In this document: one piece after another, positions 38,710-46,813 of the stretch
How positions within the stretch are numbered: position 1 is the stretch's first letter
How the letters are laid out: every line of letters begins with the position of its first letter
NCBI GenBank assembly: GCA_047602425.1
Contig: JASGHG010000001.1
Location: 4,416,001-4,480,000 of the forward strand
DNA length: 64,000 nucleotides
Direction of reading: 5' to 3'
DNA from: Nibricoccus sp.
GTDB taxonomy: Bacteria > Verrucomicrobiota > Verrucomicrobiia > Opitutales > Opitutaceae
Notes under the pieces: generated by a model
Database searches by the model: none
Seen by the model: only the letters and a program-made list of their open reading frames with translations
Told to the model about the DNA's origin: nothing
Made by a program: the position numbers and the translations under genes

Positions 38710-39551
38710 GTGAAACCCTGTCTCCCGATAACGTAACGGCCGCCGTGTTGGCCGTTGCTCCGCGCGTTGGAACGGCTGTGCCGACTCCAAGCGCTCAACC
38801 GCCCGCCGCCGAACCGCAAACGGCGCAGGCCGAAACAACCGCTAAAGAACCGCTCAAGGATCGGGCCGGGCGCGAATTCGACGCCAAGCGGTTCCGAACC
38901 AATCCAGACGGCTCGCCTTACCTCAACGGGAAAGGGCTTTTCATGCCGCGCGGCGGCCGGAAGCCGAAAGGCGCGACTTTGCCGGGCTCTGCTCCGATTG
39001 CTTCGCCGGCCGTTTCGCCTGCCGCCGATCCGTGGAGCGCATCGGATCGTGCTGCCGCCGCCACGCCGCCGCCTGTAGCTCAACCGGGCGAGCCTGAGGC
39101 ATCCGCCCAACCGCAAGGCGCGCCGCCGCCTGTTGGTTCGAGTACCGATGCTGCCGAGGTCGGATGCCGTGTCGCTTATACGTTGACCGGTTTGGCGCTG
39201 GGTGTACCGGAAGAATCGACGCCGCCCGCTGCTGAGCACAAAAACTACGTCGAGACGGTTGCAAAGTATTTCGATTATCGAGGCTGGCGGTTTGTCGGTG
39301 GAGTCGCGCTTTGCTTTTTGGCGGCCGCCTATGTTTTAAGGCTAATTTCAAAGCCAAAAGTAGAGAAGCGGCTAAGGGATCTTTTTGGTGGTTCGTCTGA
39401 GCCTGAGCTAAAAAACGTCACGCCTGCGCCTGAGATTTCGGCTGAACCTGAAAAGAGCAAAGTGCCGCCGCCCGCCGCCGTTCCGCCAATCATCCCGCCA
39501 GCTAACGAACCTGTCCAATTCACCAAACCCTTTGTCCCGCCAATGCCATGA
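38706..39551 (+). CDS. Pro/Ala-rich phage membrane protein (281 aa)
   Basis: Low-complexity linkers, a small globular motif and one TM (FVGGVALCFLAAAYVLRLI). Confidence 0.7.
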   Translation: MSETLSPDNVTAAVLAVAPRVGTAVPTPSAQPPAAEPQTAQAETTAKEPLKDRAGREFDAKRFRTNPDGSPYLNGKGLFMPRGGRKPKGATLPGSAPIASPAVSPAADPWSASDRAAAATPPPVAQPGEPEASAQPQGAPPPVGSSTDAAEVGCRVAYTLTGLALGVPEESTPPAAEHKNYVETVAKYFDYRGWRFVGGVALCFLAAAYVLRLISKPKVEKRLRDLFGGSSEPELKNVTPAPEISAEPEKSKVPPPAAVPPIIPPANEPVQFTKPFVPPMP

Positions 39552-39721
39552 ATCCATTTATCAAATACTCTCTCGCGAGTCTCTACCGCTTGGCAGTTCT
39601 TGCTGGGCTTATTTACGTCGTTCGCCTCGTGTTGCTCATTGGCGCAGGTGGTTGGCTATTCCTGATTCTTCCCGCCGTGCTCGTGTTTCTCGCCGTCGCT
39701 CCTAGCTCGAAAGTTGAATGA
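39548..39721 (+). CDS. Small 2-TM membrane protein (57 aa)
   Basis: MNPFIKYSLASLYRLAVLAGLIYVVRLVLLIGAGGWLFLILPAVLVFLAVAPSSKVE; ATGA-coupled. Confidence 0.6.
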   Translation: MNPFIKYSLASLYRLAVLAGLIYVVRLVLLIGAGGWLFLILPAVLVFLAVAPSSKVE

Positions 39722-39861
39722 TGTACCTTCACGTTCACTTGATAATGTTTCAGGCGATTGGTTCCGTGCATGCCGTTCCGTTTGAATTTCTCGATGCGGC
39801 TGGTGTATGGCGGTTGTTATATATCGACCCTGAAACCTGTGCTCCGGTTATACTGCCATGA
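39718..39861 (+). CDS. Small hypothetical protein (~47 aa)
   Basis: MMYLHVHLIMFQAIGSV...CAPVILP; its TGA overlaps the ATPase ATG. Confidence 0.5.
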   Translation: MMYLHVHLIMFQAIGSVHAVPFEFLDAAGVWRLLYIDPETCAPVILP

Positions 39862-40388
39862 GTATCCATGTCGGCATTTTTGGGCCGTCGCTTTGCGGAA
39901 AGAGCTACGTCGGGAAAGCTCTTTCGCGTTATGCTTACGGGCATGGTCGCGCGAGTCTCGTTTGTGACCCGAATCTCGATGAGTGGGGGCCTCAAGCGTT
40001 AGTGTTTCGTAGTCTGAGCGCTCAGTTTAAAAAAGTATTTTGGACACGGAAAAACCTCGTCGTTTTTATCGATGAAGCAACGCTAACCATAGACAGAGAC
40101 AACGAACTCATTGACCTGTTTACGCGCGGCCGTCACCAAGGCCACCAGCTTTATGTCTTAGGCCATCGCGCGGTTAATTTGCTGCCGATCATGCGCGATC
40201 AATTTGGGACATTGTTCCTTTTTCGCTGTTCGCCATCGGATGCGAAACTTTGGTCTGAGGATTGGAGTGAGCCGCGAATAATGGAGGCAACGGGACTGCC
40301 GCGCTTTGAGTTTATTTTAGCGCGCAAATTCGCGGCCAAAGACGGCCAGCATCTCGTCACGCGCGGCCGATTCCCGGCCGTCCTCTGA
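39858..40388 (+). CDS. FtsK/HerA-superfamily (A32/P9-like) genome packaging ATPase
   Basis: Walker A GPSLCGKS, Walker B VVFIDE, arginine finger TRGRH, lies upstream of the MCP. Confidence 0.85.
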   Translation: MSIHVGIFGPSLCGKSYVGKALSRYAYGHGRASLVCDPNLDEWGPQALVFRSLSAQFKKVFWTRKNLVVFIDEATLTIDRDNELIDLFTRGRHQGHQLYVLGHRAVNLLPIMRDQFGTLFLFRCSPSDAKLWSEDWSEPRIMEATGLPRFEFILARKFAAKDGQHLVTRGRFPAVL

Positions 40389-40398
40389 GTTTTCTCCC

Positions 40399-40650
40399 AT
40401 GAAAAAGCCAAAGAAAAATAGAAAGCTTACGCGCCGCGAAGCGGCGCTTGTTCACAATGCCAGACGTTCCGCCGTCGCGGAATTTCGCCGAAACCATATC
40501 GTAGAGGTAAGGTGTCGGCATATTGGGCAACCAGTTGAAATGTCACGATTGGTTTTGTCTGCCTCCATCGAAACAGCTTCCAATCAAGCGAAGCTCGGCG
40601 GAACGGAGCCGGACCCAAAAAAGACCGTGATTTATTGGCTGGCAGGTTGA
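40399..40650 (+). CDS. Basic hypothetical protein (83 aa)
   Basis: Lys/Arg-rich N-terminus; followed by a terminator-like hairpin. Confidence 0.55.
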   Translation: MKKPKKNRKLTRREAALVHNARRSAVAEFRRNHIVEVRCRHIGQPVEMSRLVLSASIETASNQAKLGGTEPDPKKTVIYWLAG

Positions 40651-40662
40651 CCGATAGGGTAG

Positions 40663-40702
40663 GGCGCGCTCGCATCCGTTTCGCCGGGCGGGCGCTTTTT
40701 TG
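40663..40702 (+). terminator. Probable terminator ending the early/middle operon
   Basis: GC-rich imperfect stem GCGC..CGC...GGGCGGGCGC followed by T6. Confidence 0.5.
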
Positions 40703-40872
40703 TGCGGTTTTCGGCCGTTTCTGAGCGGTTTTAAATCGCGTGGGTGTGCCGTTGCAGGCCGTTCCGGTACGCAAGCGCATATCGAGGTATATCGTAGGGT
40801 TCGATCCGGGGAGGGAAACCGCATGAGCGTGGGGCTTCGAAGAAAATTTCTTCAAACGCAACCACTCAAAAC

Positions 40873-41031
40873 ATGCAAAAAATCAAAGCAGTCGTCACAA
40901 GCAAGCTCTTCCTGATCGGCCTCGCCATCGGAATTGTCGTTGCTCTCGCCTTCGGCCGTTTCCTTCGCCCCGTCAAGAAAGTCGCGGACATGATTCCCGG
41001 CTCGGACGCCAAGAAGGGCGCTGCCGCCTAA
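40873..41031 (+). CDS. Small single-TM virion membrane protein (52 aa; position like PM2 gene VII)
   Basis: MQKIKAVVTSKLFLIGLAIGIVVALAFGRFLRPVKKVADMIPGSDAKKGAAA, directly before the MCP. Confidence 0.65.
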   Translation: MQKIKAVVTSKLFLIGLAIGIVVALAFGRFLRPVKKVADMIPGSDAKKGAAA

Positions 41032-41078
41032 GCGCAGGCTAACCAATCAACGGAACCTTAAAAAAGGAAACCCAAGCC

Positions 41079-41912
41079 ATGCGCATCAACGAAAAAATCG
41101 CCGGTATCAACGGCTCTCTTCTGCCCGGTTCGACCGCAACTCTCAAGTTGCCGGTGAATCGGCGCTATCACTGGCTGAAGTTTTTCCTTACGGCCAACAC
41201 TACGGCGGTCGGTCACGCCGCTCTCACCAACGCAAAGGACATCGTCGAGTCGATCCAGCTTTATGTTGGCGGCCGTTTGATCCGCGACGTTACGCCGCTG
41301 TTTCTTCAGATGCTCTGCAAGCTGAATGCCATCACCGGCATTTCTGCTCTTGAATTGCCGATCTTCTTTTCGGAGCCATGGCGCGCGTCCGTGATGGATG
41401 AGCAGGCAACCGCTTGGGACGTGAACGAGGTCACTGATTTCTCGGTGCGTATCAAGTTTCTGAGTACAGCACAGGACATCGGCCTTACTGGCCTCGCCTG
41501 TTACGACGGCGGCCGCGCTCGTCTCGCGAACAACCAAGTTGTGCTCAACATCGTCAAGCATCTGCCCTTCTCGGGTTATGCCGTCGCCGGTTTCCGCGAT
41601 TTCACGGAGTTCCCGGTCAACCTGCCGATTCAGCGCATCTACTTCACCGGCGCCGATGCGAACCAAATCACGAAAGCCGAAGTCATCGCGGACAGTTTCA
41701 AGATTCACGAGGCGGAAGAGGCGGAAAACGCCGCTATCCTCGCGGACTATCGACTCGACGCCAGCGCCTTCGATTACCCGCTCTGTTTCGATCCGCATCA
41801 ACAGCTCTTTGATACGCTCATGGTTCAGCGCGATCTCACGGTTCGCGTGTTCACTGCCAGCGCTGGCGACGTGCGAGCGATCCTCGAACAGCGCGCGGGT
41901 GCCTACATCTGA
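41079..41912 (+). CDS. Double jelly-roll major capsid protein (PM2 P2-like)
   Basis: 277 aa, beta-rich; GSTATLKLPVNRRY, VESIQLYVGGRLI, ENAAILADY and QRDLTVRV match the PM2 P2 pattern as I recall it; AAGGA RBS; followed by a terminator. Confidence 0.82.
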   Translation: MRINEKIAGINGSLLPGSTATLKLPVNRRYHWLKFFLTANTTAVGHAALTNAKDIVESIQLYVGGRLIRDVTPLFLQMLCKLNAITGISALELPIFFSEPWRASVMDEQATAWDVNEVTDFSVRIKFLSTAQDIGLTGLACYDGGRARLANNQVVLNIVKHLPFSGYAVAGFRDFTEFPVNLPIQRIYFTGADANQITKAEVIADSFKIHEAEEAENAAILADYRLDASAFDYPLCFDPHQQLFDTLMVQRDLTVRVFTASAGDVRAILEQRAGAYI

Positions 41913-41949
41913 GCTCGGGCTTTTCGTTTCACTACCTCGATAATTCGAT

Positions 41950-41982
41950 GCCCTCGCCGCCGCAATCGGCGGGGGCTTTTTT
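41950..41982 (+). terminator. Intrinsic terminator after the MCP
   Basis: GCCCTCGCCG/CGGCGGGGGC stem plus T6. Confidence 0.75.
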
Positions 41983-41985
41983 CAA

Positions 41986-42327
41986 ATGCAAGAAACCGAA
42001 CAAATCGCTACACGCACGGACGGGCCTGCCAATAACGGCGGCATCATGAATCTTTTCACGACGGCCGTACAGACGGCCGGGCAAGTGTATGGTGCAATCT
42101 CGACGCAAAACAATGCGAACAAGGTTGCTTCCGCCCAGGCGGACGCTACACGCGCCGCCGCTCAGACTCCCGTCATTTCGCCGACTCCGGTTGCCGCTCA
42201 GGCATCCACCGTCGTTGCTGGGGCTCCGGCCTCCACGTGGATCAAGGGTGTGAGTAACACCGTCGTCATTGTTGGCGGCGTGGTTCTCGTCGTTGTTCTC
42301 GGCCTGTTTTTCTTCCGTCGCAAATGA
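41986..42327 (+). CDS. Virion membrane protein with C-terminal TM
   Basis: Ala/Thr-rich, ending in TM plus RRK. Confidence 0.72.
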   Translation: MQETEQIATRTDGPANNGGIMNLFTTAVQTAGQVYGAISTQNNANKVASAQADATRAAAQTPVISPTPVAAQASTVVAGAPASTWIKGVSNTVVIVGGVVLVVVLGLFFFRRK

Positions 42328-42749
42328 TCGACCTCGCCTCACTTCTCAGCAGTTCCGGTGGTTCATCGGGCGGCGGTGCGGCTGGCGGCGTTGGTGCGGC
42401 GGCGGGCATCGCCGGTTCTCTCATGTCCGCCACGCCCTACGGCGCGGCTTTGGGCGCGGCCTCAAGCGTTCTGTCGAATGCTACGGCTGACACGCCTACA
42501 AGCGTCACTAGCGGCTCTGGATCGTATCAGGGCGGCTCTTTGACGGTCGGCAACAAACAGGTTGGCGGCCGTGGTAATTCGGCCGGCGCTACGAGCGCAA
42601 CGGCCTCGCAAACACCCGGAGACAATTCGAGCGCCTCGCCTTCGAGCGTGTCTGCAACAGCGAAATCCCAAACCACTCTTTACGTCATAATCGCGGCCGC
42701 CGTTGTGTTGATCCTCGGTGGAATGTTCGCATTCGCGCGCCGCAAATAA
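42324..42749 (+). CDS. Gly/Ser-rich virion membrane protein with C-terminal TM
   Basis: Ends in TM plus RRK; ATGA-coupled. Confidence 0.72.
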   Translation: MIDLASLLSSSGGSSGGGAAGGVGAAAGIAGSLMSATPYGAALGAASSVLSNATADTPTSVTSGSGSYQGGSLTVGNKQVGGRGNSAGATSATASQTPGDNSSASPSSVSATAKSQTTLYVIIAAAVVLILGGMFAFARRK

Positions 42750-42761
42750 CCGGAAACTCCC

Positions 42762-43274
42762 ATGGGTTGGTTCAGCGCATTTTCAAAAGAGAATAATTCG
42801 GCGACGACAAATCAGACGACGACGAACTATACCGATTCCAGCGCGAACGCTGGCGGTGACAATTCGTTAGCGATTGCTCAAGGCGGTCAATATGCTGGCG
42901 CTGGCGGTATTTCGGCTGGCGCGGGTGCAAACGTGTCAATAACGACCTCCGATCCTGCAACGGTTGCGGCCGCGCTTCATACTGTCGAAGCGAACAATCT
43001 GCTTTCGGCGACTCAATATCAGGCGTCTTTGAACACGCTCGCCGGGGTTCATTCTGTTGCGGCGAACTCGAACAAGGCGACGCAGGATGCCGCAAATCTG
43101 GCGATTCAGAGCACGCAATCTCTCGCCTCTCAGCTTTCGGGAAAAGGGGCTCTCGAAACGCCACAGACAAACGCCTCTATCGTTCAAACCGTCAGCAAAT
43201 ACGCCAGTATCGCGGCCGTCGCAATCGCGGCCGTCGTGGCGCTCGCATTGTTCATGCGGAAAGGGAAGAAATGA
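42762..43274 (+). CDS. Virion membrane protein with C-terminal TM
   Basis: Ala/Asn/Thr-rich, ending in TM plus RKGKK. Confidence 0.72.
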   Translation: MGWFSAFSKENNSATTNQTTTNYTDSSANAGGDNSLAIAQGGQYAGAGGISAGAGANVSITTSDPATVAAALHTVEANNLLSATQYQASLNTLAGVHSVAANSNKATQDAANLAIQSTQSLASQLSGKGALETPQTNASIVQTVSKYASIAAVAIAAVVALALFMRKGKK

Positions 43275-43855
43275 CTCCTACAGCGGCACAATTTCACGAG
43301 ATTGAAATCCCGCCCGGTGCGGTCCGTACCGCGTGGGGCGAAGGCGATTCATTCCTTGTCGTTCAATCCAACGTCAAGCTTGAGATTCTGCGCGATGGCG
43401 CGCCGTTCCTTCCTTACGAACAAGGTGACCGCGAGGATTTGCCGCCGGGCATTTCGTTCAAGCGGTTGGAAGTCAAAAACCCGAACCTCGCGACCGCCTA
43501 CGTTAAAATCTATTCGGGCTACGGCCGCCGCAATCAGAACCGCCCGACTGTCATCGAGCCTCCAACCATCATCAAGGGGCAAGCGTTTACTTCCCTAGCG
43601 GCATCGCCTGCGGCGGGGTCCAGCGTTACACTGAGCGGCATTCCCGCGGCGGGTCAGCTTCGCCGTAAGGCGGTCATTATCTCGAATCAGGACGCCGCGA
43701 ATCCGGTCTATATTAAAGACGCGGATGGGAACTTTTGCGAAGCCGTCGAGTTTAAGAGCACGGCTATTATTCACGTTTCCGGGGCAATAACCATCGTCAA
43801 CACGACGGCCGCGCCGATTCCTGTATGCGTGTCCGAAGTGTGGTACACGCCGTAA
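43271..43855 (+). CDS. Putative penton/vertex protein (two beta-sandwich domains)
   Basis: All-beta pattern; FKRLEVKNPN...VKIYSGYG closes domain 1, RKAVIISN in domain 2. Confidence 0.5.
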   Translation: MTPTAAQFHEIEIPPGAVRTAWGEGDSFLVVQSNVKLEILRDGAPFLPYEQGDREDLPPGISFKRLEVKNPNLATAYVKIYSGYGRRNQNRPTVIEPPTIIKGQAFTSLAASPAAGSSVTLSGIPAAGQLRRKAVIISNQDAANPVYIKDADGNFCEAVEFKSTAIIHVSGAITIVNTTAAPIPVCVSEVWYTP

Positions 43856-43859
43856 GAAA

Positions 43860-44291
43860 ATGTTTTCGTGGGTAAATATCCAAAAGCGCCCAACGCCGAC
43901 AATGTACGAGCGGCGCGCGAAAAAGGCTTTGCTCTTCGTTGAGCGTCTCGCGGCTTCTCCGTCGTTTGTTGGCGCATTGCTGAGGTTGGCGGTCGTCGCC
44001 TTTTCAAAGTCGATACCGCCTGTTGCTGAAGGTGTTTCATTTGTATCAGGACGTTTGTTCGTTCCGATTGTGAACGTCTACGCTTTGAATGAAAGCGCGG
44101 GCTACGCGTCCGCGTTTGTTTCGGCGCTTCTCAAAAGTGTCATTATTGGATGCGGAACTTACACTGATCGTTTTTCATCGAATACCGCTTTCGCGTCCTC
44201 GGCTCTTCGCGTCGTGGTGGTGCCTACCTCCACGAATAACTTTTTTCCAGTCAATCAATCTACCGGGTTTGTCTCCGCTTCGCTCGTATGA
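43860..44291 (+). CDS. Phage hypothetical protein (143 aa)
   Basis: Fills the operon; ATGA overlap with the next gene. Confidence 0.5.
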   Translation: MFSWVNIQKRPTPTMYERRAKKALLFVERLAASPSFVGALLRLAVVAFSKSIPPVAEGVSFVSGRLFVPIVNVYALNESAGYASAFVSALLKSVIIGCGTYTDRFSSNTAFASSALRVVVVPTSTNNFFPVNQSTGFVSASLV

Positions 44292-45451
44292 AACTTTTGG
44301 TTGTTAACAATAACCTTTCGTTCGGCTATAAAATCGAATTCCTCCGAAAAGGAAAGGTCATCGCAAAAACGCCCTTCCGTCGTCACATGTTGACGGACTC
44401 GTTTTTGAACAATTGCGCGGCGTTTCCGTTTCTTGACTGCCTTGGGATGCCTGTTTTGGGGGAGTCGGTTTCGCCAACGCCTGTGCGCCGTGATTCCGGT
44501 TCAATTACGTTCACGCAGGCGGCAAACCGAATTACAGCCAGCTCTGGATTTTTTCAGATTGGGGACGTTGGCCGTCTCTTTAAGTGGGGTGTGGGTTCTG
44601 GTGGCCTAGAAGTCTATATTACAAATTTCGTTTCGAGCACGCAGGTAGATGTAACCGCGTCGCCTGATGTTGCCGTTGCCGCTGTCGGTACGGTTTGGTA
44701 TGTCAACACGGATGCGCTTTTGAATCCAATTGCGGGCCTCACATGGGGTTGTTTGAACAATGCGAGCGAAAATAACACAACCTACAACACGGTGGGCAAT
44801 GTCTGCATCATCACGCACAATCGTGTTTTTTATTCTTCCCCCTTCACCGTTGCAAAAACGATTTCGGAAATCGGCTTCACGCATCCTACCGCTTTCGTGA
44901 GTCTATCTGATCGGGACGTGGTTACTCCCGGCGTCGCGTTGGGCGTTGGTGATCAAGCTAAGGTCACGACTCAGTTTATCATGAACGTGACGCCTTGCAC
45001 GTCGCAGGCTATCGCGAACTTTGCGACTGGTTTTGACTCGTCGGGCAACGCGAAGTTTGAGGCGTTCAACAACGACTGTTTCCGCACGATTAACGCAGGC
45101 GGCGGCATACAAGGGACAGCTAACATGGAACCAGACCAACCGCCCACTATTGGCGTTATGCTGGAGGATTTCACGCTACAGGCGTTCGATCCGAATGGGA
45201 ATGTGATTGCCGGGACAAATTTTTTGAAGGCGGCATCTCAAATCGCCTACGGTGCCGGTTCATACTACCGCGATGCAAAGGCAGTGTACGCGATCAGTGA
45301 GGGGAACGGGACAATTTACGGCTTCTACCTTTCCCCATGGTACAACCGCCGCCAGTACACGCTCAAGCTGACTACGCCTGTCGTAAAAAACTCAACGCAA
45401 GTGCTCGAAATAACCGCCCGGAAGTCGTGGAGCAGGGTTTTAACAAATTAA
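44288..45451 (+). CDS. Putative spike/receptor-binding protein (387 aa)
   Basis: Largest late gene; Thr/Asn/Gly/aromatic beta-rich, no TM; divergent base composition. Confidence 0.55.
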   Translation: MKLLVVNNNLSFGYKIEFLRKGKVIAKTPFRRHMLTDSFLNNCAAFPFLDCLGMPVLGESVSPTPVRRDSGSITFTQAANRITASSGFFQIGDVGRLFKWGVGSGGLEVYITNFVSSTQVDVTASPDVAVAAVGTVWYVNTDALLNPIAGLTWGCLNNASENNTTYNTVGNVCIITHNRVFYSSPFTVAKTISEIGFTHPTAFVSLSDRDVVTPGVALGVGDQAKVTTQFIMNVTPCTSQAIANFATGFDSSGNAKFEAFNNDCFRTINAGGGIQGTANMEPDQPPTIGVMLEDFTLQAFDPNGNVIAGTNFLKAASQIAYGAGSYYRDAKAVYAISEGNGTIYGFYLSPWYNRRQYTLKLTTPVVKNSTQVLEITARKSWSRVLTN

Positions 45452-45463
45452 CATATCCAAAAA

Positions 45464-45865
45464 ATGGATACGATTACAAAGACGCGAATTCTGGTTGGGA
45501 AACAGTTCGGAATTTCAGAGGCGGACGCCATCACTCCCGCGAATCTTTCGCCTGAGGATCGCACGCGTTTGTTTGATTATACCTTCGCTTATGTCGCGCA
45601 GCATCCTGAGCAGTACGAACCACGACAAGTTGAGATCGCCAAGCGTCATGTTGCCGCGTGGGGCACGAATACGCCGCTTTTAGATACGTCATTTGATTGG
45701 GGTCTACTCGCCCGCGAGGTGGGCGAAAACGTACTGAAGGCAGGCGAGGCTGTCGCGAGCGTGGGGCAGGGCGTGCTTAATACTTTCAAGCTCGGTTCGT
45801 GGCTTATTCCAGTCGCGGCCGTCGTTCTTGTCGGAATTTATCTTTGGAAGGCATTCAAAAAATGA
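45464..45865 (+). CDS. Phage membrane protein with C-terminal TM (133 aa)
   Basis: WLIPVAAVVLVGIYLWKAFKK tail. Confidence 0.68.
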   Translation: MDTITKTRILVGKQFGISEADAITPANLSPEDRTRLFDYTFAYVAQHPEQYEPRQVEIAKRHVAAWGTNTPLLDTSFDWGLLAREVGENVLKAGEAVASVGQGVLNTFKLGSWLIPVAAVVLVGIYLWKAFKK

Positions 45866-46047
45866 CGCGTCAATCTTTCATCGCTGCCGCTGGCGGCGTG
45901 GCCGGTTGGGCCGCAACCTTTTCCCTGCCTGAATTCGCTGCCTCCTTCGCTGCGCTGGCTACTGGCGTTTGGATGATTACGCAGACCGTGTTGGCGATCC
46001 GTCGCCAGCGCTGCACGGATTACACCTGTAAGCATCGCAAGCCATGA
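45862..46047 (+). CDS. Holin-like small membrane protein (61 aa)
   Basis: ATG 45862 overlaps the upstream stop; hydrophobic segments and a basic C-terminal tail. Confidence 0.5.
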   Translation: MTRQSFIAAAGGVAGWAATFSLPEFAASFAALATGVWMITQTVLAIRRQRCTDYTCKHRKP

Positions 46048-46181
46048 ACGAACTAGACGACATGATAGAAACGCGGACGGTTAAAGCGCCAGTGGTGGCG
46101 GCTTCGCGGTCTGCCTATATCGGGCTGGTTGTTGTCATCGCGGTAGCGGTTGCGCTGCTTTGGTCCAAGGCGCGCCGATGA
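46044..46181 (+). CDS. Small single-TM protein (45 aa)
   Basis: MNELDDMIETRTVKAPVVAASRSAYIGLVVVIAVAVALLWSKARR; ATGA-coupled on both sides. Confidence 0.55.
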   Translation: MNELDDMIETRTVKAPVVAASRSAYIGLVVVIAVAVALLWSKARR

Positions 46182-46813
46182 AACCCGCTATTTTTATCCT
46201 CATTGTCTCATGCCTCGCGGGCTGCGTGTTTGAGGCTCAAACCGCCTCGCGTGTGGATCGAAACGGAAAGCCGAAAGTGACGCAGAACGGCCCGGCCGAA
46301 AATCCCGGCCGCGCGAGTGTGGAAAAAACCGTCGTGACTGTCCCGATTCCGGCTGGCTCGAAAATTTCTCAAACTCCCGCGCCGTCCGTTCCCGCTGCCA
46401 CTGGCAAGCCGGACATGGCGGCCGGGATCACTATTCAAACTTCCGCGCCCACGGAAATGCGTATTGAAACGACGCGGGAATCTGTTGAAGGCGCAACCAC
46501 TCCGAAACCGTCGCCACCACCAAGCCCGGTAGAAGTTGCGCGCGGGAAGGGCGTGCGGCTGTTTTATTGGATCGCTGGCGGGTTCGCCATCGCGTCCGTT
46601 GTCTCAGCGGTGCGGAAATATCTTTGGGCGGCCGTCTGCTTTGGCGCGGCCGCGCTCGTGACGGTGTTAGGCGTCAACGTTGTTTCTGAGGAGTGGGTGA
46701 TTCGCGCGGCCGGTGTGCTGGCGGTCGCTGGCGTCGTGTTCGTTGCCGCTTGGAAGATCATCGCCGCGCGTCACGGGCTGGCGGGAAACCAAGCCGGGAC
46801 AGTGGCGAAATAA
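46178..46813 (+). CDS. Lipoprotein with C-terminal TMs (u-spanin-like topology)
   Basis: MKPAIFILIVSCLAG-C lipobox, Pro/Thr-rich periplasmic region, 3 C-terminal TMs. Confidence 0.6.
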   Translation: MKPAIFILIVSCLAGCVFEAQTASRVDRNGKPKVTQNGPAENPGRASVEKTVVTVPIPAGSKISQTPAPSVPAATGKPDMAAGITIQTSAPTEMRIETTRESVEGATTPKPSPPPSPVEVARGKGVRLFYWIAGGFAIASVVSAVRKYLWAAVCFGAAALVTVLGVNVVSEEWVIRAAGVLAVAGVVFVAAWKIIAARHGLAGNQAGTVAK

